The notes beneath the pieces were generated by a model. It was not told the DNA's origin and ran no database searches. It was given only the letters and a program-made list of their open reading frames with translations. The position numbers were made by a program, and so were the translations under genes. From a virus: a stretch of 14,794 nucleotides of DNA. This document shows, in pieces, positions 7,114 to 12,970 of this stretch (positions within the stretch are counted from its first letter, which is position 1; every line of letters begins with the position of its first letter). The stretch lies in the IMG/VR virus record IMGVR_UViG_3300031521_002449. The stretch is one strand, 5' to 3'.

Positions 7114-8082
7114 ATGACACACAACAGAATGTTGGACCGTGCTCCCTCGGTCGTGATTACTAGTAATCGTAATGAATTAAAGGTTTATCAAGGAAACAAT
7201 GTTTACCTAAACAATGGTGATAACTTTGAACTAAGGTTTTTTAACCCATTAAATGAAAAATTAGGAGTTGAAATTAATTTCAACGGAATGAAAAAAGGTA
7301 ACGGCTATTTAGTCTTAAATCCAGGACAAGATATAGTCTTAGACCGTTTTTTAGATGAACAACGAAAAATGTTATTTGAAACTTATACTGTAGATGGTAA
7401 CAACGAAGAAGCAGTTAAAGCAATTGAAAAAAATGGTATAATTACATTTAATTTCTTCAAAGAATATGGTTCTTATATGCCTAAAGATGTAAATATAAAT
7501 TATGCTTTTCCACCTAAGCCTCGTAAATATGATGCTAATAGATATTCTAAAAGTATGAATTATTATAATTCAGGCACATCAGGGAATTCTGGAATATCAG
7601 GTAATTCTGGAACATCTGGCAGTTGTGGAACTGGTGGAAATGGTGGATTTTCAACAAATAATTTTAATTATACTGCACCTGGAGTTTTTTTCTCTGAAAA
7701 GGATTTTTCAACGTCTATATCAAATACTATGTTTTCTGCGGATTTATCAAGAGGTATATCATCAACTATCACAAATACTGTACATATCGATAAAGATTAT
7801 TGGTTTCCGTCATCAAGCAGTAACATTTCAGCAGTATTACCAACAATAGATAATTTAGAAACAGGAAGAATAGAAATGGGAGAAATATCAAAACAACAAT
7901 TAAAAACTATTAATGCTCAATTTTGTTCAACACCTATTCATACTGTAACATATCAACTATTACCTATTTCAGCAATGAATCGTACTATTAGTGAAGTTCG
8001 TCAATATTGTCCAGAATGTGGATATCGTTTAAGAAAAGAAACTTGGCATTTTTGTCCAAAATGTGGTGAAGATTTAAAATAA
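7114..8082 (+). CDS. protein with beta-rich N-domain, Gly/Ser-rich tandem-repeat linker, S/T/N-rich region and C-terminal zinc ribbon (CPECGYRLRKETWHFCPKCG)
   Basis: 322-aa ORF. C-terminal CxxC-x13-CxxC. Internal 18-nt periodic repeat encoding GTSGNS/GISGNS/GTSGSC/GTGGNG. Followed 14 nt later by the vWA gene. Confidence 0.55.
   Translation: MTHNRMLDRAPSVVITSNRNELKVYQGNNVYLNNGDNFELRFFNPLNEKLGVEINFNGMKKGNGYLVLNPGQDIVLDRFLDEQRKMLFETYTVDGNNEEAVKAIEKNGIITFNFFKEYGSYMPKDVNINYAFPPKPRKYDANRYSKSMNYYNSGTSGNSGISGNSGTSGSCGTGGNGGFSTNNFNYTAPGVFFSEKDFSTSISNTMFSADLSRGISSTITNTVHIDKDYWFPSSSSNISAVLPTIDNLETGRIEMGEISKQQLKTINAQFCSTPIHTVTYQLLPISAMNRTISEVRQYCPECGYRLRKETWHFCPKCGEDLK
7572..7646 (+). repeat. 4 copies of an 18-nt tandem repeat (GGNANNTCNGGNAATTCT-like) inside the CDS
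   Basis: ggcacatcagggaattct / ggaatatcaggtaattct / ggaacatctggcagttgt / ggaactggtggaaatggt, read directly from the sequence. Confidence 0.7.
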
Positions 8083-8096
8083 AAATAATAGAAAAT

Positions 8097-8705
8097 ATGA
8101 AAAAGATTGATATAATATGTATATTAGATATGTCTGGTTCTATGAGTTCTATTATAGCCAAGGCAAGAGAAGGATTTAATCAATTCTTAAAAGAACAACA
8201 ACAAAGTGAAAATAATATCAAATTCTCATTATTATTTTTTGATACAGATTTTTATATGCCATATAAAAATATTAATATTAAAAAAGTAAAACCAGTGAAT
8301 GAAGATACTTATTATTCTCGTGGTGGTACGGCATTACTAGACGCTATTGGGTTTTCAATAGAGTCATATTTAGATGATTTAGCATTAATACCGAAAAATA
8401 AAAGGGCAAATAAAACACTATTTGTTATTCTTACTGATGGAGAAGAAAATAGTTCAAAAATTTATCATAGAGACTTAATAAAATTAATGGTAGAACAAAT
8501 GCAGGAAGAATTTAATTTTGGATTTATTTACCTAGGAGCAAATCAGGATTCTTGCTTTCAAGCAGAATCTATGGGAATGAATAGAAGTAATGCTTTTAAC
8601 TATGATGCCACTAACGATGGAATAACAGTCGCATATTCAAAAATATCAGAAGCGGCAACATACTACGCTAGTAATAACGTAAAAGATAATTTATTCCAGC
8701 AATAA
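8097..8705 (+). CDS. von Willebrand factor type A (vWA) domain protein with an intact MIDAS
   Basis: DMSGSM (DxSxS), GGTALLDAI (MIDAS Thr), ILTDGEEN (MIDAS Asp), in the canonical order and spacing. 202 aa. Confidence 0.8.
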   Translation: MKKIDIICILDMSGSMSSIIAKAREGFNQFLKEQQQSENNIKFSLLFFDTDFYMPYKNINIKKVKPVNEDTYYSRGGTALLDAIGFSIESYLDDLALIPKNKRANKTLFVILTDGEENSSKIYHRDLIKLMVEQMQEEFNFGFIYLGANQDSCFQAESMGMNRSNAFNYDATNDGITVAYSKISEAATYYASNNVKDNLFQQ

Positions 8706-8735
8706 TTAAAAAGAGTGTTGATACAAAATAACCTG

Positions 8736-8766
8736 AAAAGGTGAATCAAACTGATTCACCTTTTTT
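8736..8766 (+). terminator. intrinsic terminator AAAAGGTGAATC-aaact-GATTCACCTTTTTT
   Basis: Stem of 8-12 bp plus a T6 run, 30 nt after the vWA stop. Confidence 0.6.
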
Positions 8767-8977
8767 ACATAAATGGAAAAAAGTGACATTTTTTATTTTA
8801 TATATAGAATAAAAAAGAATTTGCTAATATCTAAAGATATTAAAATAAATATAACAAATAGAAATATAAAATTTTATATAAAAATACCAGATATATCACC
8901 AGAAGAAATATGCAAATTAGAAAATTTATGTTTTACAAAAAGAACAATAAATTCAAAAAAACAAGAAAGTTGTGATT

Positions 8978-9130
8978 ATGAAAGAAAAGAAAAAAATTAG
9001 TATTCATTTTACTATAGATAAAGTAATAAACGAATCCTTTGATAGATTAATTAAAAATGAATGTTTAAATAAATCATTATTAATACAGACATTAATTGAG
9101 AAATATATAAAAGAAAAGGAAGTCAATTGA
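8978..9130 (+). CDS. putative ribbon-helix-helix (CopG/Arc-like) DNA-binding protein, 50 aa
   Basis: Hand-translated: MKEKKKISIHFTIDKVINESFDRLIKNECLNKSLLIQTLIEKYIKEKEVN. The pattern of an N-terminal beta-strand (KISIHFTID) followed by two amphipathic helices is characteristic of RHH regulators. Flanked by terminators. Confidence 0.4.
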   Translation: MKEKKKISIHFTIDKVINESFDRLIKNECLNKSLLIQTLIEKYIKEKEVN

Positions 9131-9140
9131 CTTCCTTTTT
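9114..9140. terminator. bidirectional terminator: perfect 18-bp palindrome GGAAGTCAATTGACTTCC with an A-run upstream and a T-run downstream
   Basis: Located between the RHH gene stop (9130, inside the stem) and the end of minus-strand array 2 (9140). Confidence 0.55.
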
Positions 9141-9493
9141 CATAAATTATATTTTTTTGTCATATCAAACAAATATGCATATTTTTTAATTTTATATTCT
9201 GGAACTTTAACATCTATTTGAGATGACCCCATGTGTAATTTTTCATTTTTAACTTTTAACTTTAAACTTTTAAGAAAATTGTAAAATCTATCATAAATCT
9301 CTTCTTCTGTAAAATCAAAAAAATAAAATGTAAAATATTCTTTATATAACCCGTTATTATCGTCAAATAGACATTCACTAAATCCTTCTTCTTTAGTAAT
9401 AGGAATTATATCCTCAAAATATAAGCAAACAGAAGTTAGAATATCTTCTCTTTCTTTTGATATGATATAATTCTCAAATATTTTAATTTTCAT
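9140..9493 (-). CDS. tandem-family protein, last of array 2, 117 aa (MKIKIFENY ... KKYNL)
   Basis: ORF with ATGA overlap to the upstream member. Tail is a KYNL variant. Confidence 0.55.
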   Translation of the reverse strand: MKIKIFENYIISKEREDILTSVCLYFEDIIPITKEEGFSECLFDDNNGLYKEYFTFYFFDFTEEEIYDRFYNFLKSLKLKVKNEKLHMGSSQIDVKVPEYKIKKYAYLFDMTKKYNL

Positions 9494-9807
9494 ATATTAT
9501 ATTTGATTGATAATTTTTTTGCTTCGTACTCTTCAATTTCTTTTGGTGTTAATTTTCTCTCAATTATATTTTTATTATCGTATAAAACATTGAGTTTATC
9601 ATCTGCAATTATTTCAAACTTTAGATTAAAGAAATCATCTTCTGTATTATTACCAACTATTTGAGCAAAATTAAATATTTTATATCCATTAGGCAATTGG
9701 GGGGTAGGCATAAACCAACTTTTTATGTTAGAATCTTCAAGTTTAACATAATCTCCTATTTGGAAATTTTCTATCCAACGATCTTCAAATTGTTTTATAT
9801 ATTTCAT
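9490..9807 (-). CDS. tandem-family protein, 105 aa (MKYIKQFE ... IKYNI)
   Basis: ATGA overlaps and both conserved termini. Confidence 0.6.
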   Translation of the reverse strand: MKYIKQFEDRWIENFQIGDYVKLEDSNIKSWFMPTPQLPNGYKIFNFAQIVGNNTEDDFFNLKFEIIADDKLNVLYDNKNIIERKLTPKEIEEYEAKKLSIKYNI

Positions 9808-10148
9808 ATGTTAAATTTTTTTGATTCTGACATTAATTTTGCGACATTTATACAATCTTGTAAATTATCCGATTCATATAATATTTCTTTTTCTTTATAT
9901 GGTCTATCTGTTACAAAATGTTTGAAGGACTGTTCAAGTGTCAATTTTTTATTTAAACCATCATATATTGCATGTCTTTTAGATCTGAAAAATATTCTCT
10001 CTTCAACATTTTTTCTATTCGGTTCTCTATATATATTTAACACTTCAAACACAACGTATATATCAAAAAAATGTGGCTGGTCTTGCCATATAACATATTT
10101 TTTAAGTTTTGGCAATTCTATTGATTCAAATTTTTTAATATACTTCAT
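9804..10148 (-). CDS. tandem-family protein, 114 aa (MKYIKKFE ... KKFNI)
   Basis: ATGA overlaps and both conserved termini. Confidence 0.6.
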   Translation of the reverse strand: MKYIKKFESIELPKLKKYVIWQDQPHFFDIYVVFEVLNIYREPNRKNVEERIFFRSKRHAIYDGLNKKLTLEQSFKHFVTDRPYKEKEILYESDNLQDCINVAKLMSESKKFNI

Positions 10149-10417
10149 ATGTTATATTTGTTTGCAATATATTCTTCTTCTGGTACTAATTTTAATTTTT
10201 TACCAGATACCCAATATTTATTATTTTTATTTTCAATTTGATATGGTTGATAATCATCTTCAGTATTTATAGCAACTATTTGCATAATAATAGTTGCTAA
10301 TGGATTATTCATTTTAACATGATCACCAATTTTATATCTATATGCTAGTAATAATTCAGAGTTTTCTTCTTTATTAATAGCATCAATATATATTTCATAT
10401 ATTTTTATATGTTTCAT
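10145..10417 (-). CDS. tandem-family protein, 90 aa (MKHIKIYE ... NKYNI)
   Basis: ATGA overlaps and both conserved termini. Confidence 0.6.
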   Translation of the reverse strand: MKHIKIYEIYIDAINKEENSELLLAYRYKIGDHVKMNNPLATIIMQIVAINTEDDYQPYQIENKNNKYWVSGKKLKLVPEEEYIANKYNI

Positions 10418-10725
10418 ATGTTAAATTTTAATGCATTATTTTTTATATTTTGCAAATCTATTTCTTCTGGTGTAGCAAATCTAAAATACATTTTATAACT
10501 ACTTATTTCGTTATTACTATCTGTTATATAACCATTTTTTGGACTATTAGGATTAATATCATATCTAATTTTAATCATAGTTTTAGTAGATCCGACCACT
10601 TCCCCTACATTAGTAGTTACAAAATTTTTTGCAGCGGGAAGAACTGTTGGATAACTTGGTAATGCAATTACAAAGTCTTCTGATTCAAAGTCTTGAAATA
10701 TTTCATATGTTTTTATATATTTCAT
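10414..10725 (-). CDS. tandem-family protein, 103 aa (MKYIKTYE ... LKFNI)
   Basis: ATGA overlaps and both conserved termini. Confidence 0.6.
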   Translation of the reverse strand: MKYIKTYEIFQDFESEDFVIALPSYPTVLPAAKNFVTTNVGEVVGSTKTMIKIRYDINPNSPKNGYITDSNNEISSYKMYFRFATPEEIDLQNIKNNALKFNI

Positions 10726-11024
10726 ATGTTAAATTTATTTGTATCATCAAGTATTGATAACATAGAAATACAATCTTTCAATCTATGTGCTTCATATACC
10801 ACATTTATATTATTATAATTAAGATAAAATGTATTATTCATAGTACCATAATTATGTTTATCATTATATTTGAAATAATATTTTACCTCAGCACGAAGTT
10901 TGCCAGTTTCATATAATATGTTTATAATTTTTATAATATAATATTTATATCTATCAATAAAATCATCAACTTCTCCGTTGGTTACAATAAGAAATTTTGA
11001 TTCATATGTTTTTATATATTTCAT
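10722..11024 (-). CDS. tandem-family protein, 100 aa (MKYIKTYE ... NKFNI)
   Basis: ATGA overlaps and both conserved termini. Confidence 0.6.
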   Translation of the reverse strand: MKYIKTYESKFLIVTNGEVDDFIDRYKYYIIKIINILYETGKLRAEVKYYFKYNDKHNYGTMNNTFYLNYNNINVVYEAHRLKDCISMLSILDDTNKFNI

Positions 11025-12331
11025 ATATTAAATTTTGCAGCATTTGCTTTATATATGAATTGCTCATAATTTTCAAAATCATCCTCTGATTTTTCTTCTT
11101 TTAATCTATTTTCAAATTCAGGTGACACAAACCATTGTAATATTTCACCTTTATAAAATCTTGCAAGATTAAATAAATCTAATTTTTTGTTATCATAATC
11201 TATACGAACATCATAATCATAATTAAATTCTGCTTTATCAAAATTTTCCTTAAATGCTTCTAAATTATCTACTTCTATTAATTTTGGAAAAATATCATCT
11301 GGTGATATCATATAGTCATTTATAACATTATTAACTTCTTTTTTTAAATCTTCGAAATCTCCCATAAATTTATATTTATCTTCTTCAAATTCATATGATA
11401 AATCACTGGCTTCATAAATATTTTCTAAAAATTCTTTTATTGTTTTAACATTCATATTATGTTTTTTCATATATTCTATAATTGATTCATAATCAAATAC
11501 TAATTCAATATCAAAATCTCCTGTGTGTTCAAAACTCAACTCAAATGGTAACGATTTTATTAATGCTCTTGCAGCTTTATCAATAGCACGTTCATTTTCC
11601 ATTGCTATTTCCATTTTAAAATCATCCAATTCACTTTTTAATCCTAAATAATTAAATAATTTATGAATTTCATTTTCTTCACCTGGATCTATTTCATAAT
11701 TAAATAATTTAGAAAATTCTTTAATTTTATTTAATGTCTCTTCAGATAAATAAGAATAGATATAATCTAATTCATCATCATCAACATAATAATCTTGGCT
11801 ATTTCCATAAGAGCCAAAACTTAAAAGATGATTTATAATACCCTCTTCTAATTCCATTAAATCTTCTAATTTTCTAGACTTCATAAAAATGATTAGTTTA
11901 TCTTTATCATACTCTGGTTCATATCTATAATAACTACTAGATTTTGTTATGTATTCTTTTTCATCTAAACCTATATAATTAACAATATCTTCTGGTTTGA
12001 AATCTGGGGATTCTAATATTTGAATTAAATTTTGTTTATCATCATCTTCATCATCTGAATAACTTTCTTTAACAGGATTATTTCTCAAATATTCCGCTTG
12101 TTTTAATGTTTTAAAGCTTATTGATTTAAGTTTCTGTATTTTAGAATTTTTATCATTATTTAACTTTGTGCGTTTTGCTGGATCTTTTTCTCTACCTAAT
12201 CTTTTTCTATCACTTTTAATACCTTTTTGTAAATAAACAGCATTCTTTAATAAACCTTTTTTAACTTTGAAAGGTTTTGCTGAATTTATTGTTATTGGTT
12301 TAAAATTTTCGTATGTTTTGATATATTTCAT
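11021..12331 (-). CDS. large acidic tandem-family protein, head of array 2, 436 aa (MKYIKTYE ... AKFNI)
   Basis: Long ORF. It carries the family leader even though no gene lies upstream of it. D/E-rich interior (SYSDDEDDDKQ...). Confidence 0.65.
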   Translation of the reverse strand: MKYIKTYENFKPITINSAKPFKVKKGLLKNAVYLQKGIKSDRKRLGREKDPAKRTKLNNDKNSKIQKLKSISFKTLKQAEYLRNNPVKESYSDDEDDDKQNLIQILESPDFKPEDIVNYIGLDEKEYITKSSSYYRYEPEYDKDKLIIFMKSRKLEDLMELEEGIINHLLSFGSYGNSQDYYVDDDELDYIYSYLSEETLNKIKEFSKLFNYEIDPGEENEIHKLFNYLGLKSELDDFKMEIAMENERAIDKAARALIKSLPFELSFEHTGDFDIELVFDYESIIEYMKKHNMNVKTIKEFLENIYEASDLSYEFEEDKYKFMGDFEDLKKEVNNVINDYMISPDDIFPKLIEVDNLEAFKENFDKAEFNYDYDVRIDYDNKKLDLFNLARFYKGEILQWFVSPEFENRLKEEKSEDDFENYEQFIYKANAAKFNI

Positions 12332-12433
12332 AACAATATATATAAAATTATTAAGGCATTTTTTTGTTAGATAAAATATTTTTATATTTGAACAACTATA
12401 TCTTAGAAAAAGATATAATAAAATAAAAATTAA

Positions 12434-12844
12434 ATGAAAACACGAACAGGTTTTATAAGTAATTCATCTTCAAGTAGTTTTGTATTATTGAGGGATTCAA
12501 TATCTATTGACCAATTAGAAATGATAATAAATATTGATGAATGGATTAAAGAATTAATTAAAGAAGATAAACAGAATGATAATATAGATAACTTAGAAGA
12601 TAAATTTTCTTATTATGATTCTGATCCGTGGAGAATTGTTGTATATGATGATTTTATATTTGGTGAGACATCAATGAATAATTTCAGTATGGAAGATTAT
12701 CTTAATTATATAAAAGTTGATGATAATTATGTAAGTTGGGATGAAGGATATAACGATGAACCATATCAATCGCAACTTGATTTTATTAAAGATGTAAAAC
12801 AAGAATATCGAAAAAAAAAACTTAATAAACTTAATAAGTTATAA
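12434..12844 (+). CDS. hypothetical acidic protein, 136 aa
   Basis: ORF divergent from array 2. Ser-run near the N-terminus, D/E/Y-rich. A terminator lies downstream. Confidence 0.5.
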   Translation: MKTRTGFISNSSSSSFVLLRDSISIDQLEMIINIDEWIKELIKEDKQNDNIDNLEDKFSYYDSDPWRIVVYDDFIFGETSMNNFSMEDYLNYIKVDDNYVSWDEGYNDEPYQSQLDFIKDVKQEYRKKKLNKLNKL

Positions 12845-12855
12845 AAACCTAAAAT

Positions 12856-12884
12856 AAACCACTATATAGTGGTTTATTTATTTT
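12856..12884 (+). terminator. intrinsic terminator: palindrome AAACCACTATATAGTGGTTT followed by ATTTATTTT
   Basis: Perfect 20-bp palindrome 12 nt after the stop of 12434..12844. Confidence 0.5.
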
Positions 12885-12970
12885 AAATTTATAAAACTCT
12901 TCAAAAATTTTTATCTATAGTTTAATACAGAATATAAAATTTACTAAAATATAAATCTAAAAATTAAATT

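Noticed and set aside
8773-9000. 75-aa ORF between the vWA terminator and the RHH gene
   Set aside because: Low-complexity K/I/N-rich product in what looks like a promoter or leader region. The overlapping RHH-like frame 8978..9130 is more convincing, so it is not called as a gene.
9661-10272. 203-aa plus-strand ORF antisense to array 2; similar antisense ORFs at 3153..3344 and 10450..10662
   Set aside because: These have F/I/L/Y-rich low-complexity translations, typical of antisense frames of AT-rich coding DNA. They fully overlap better-supported minus-strand genes and have no motifs.
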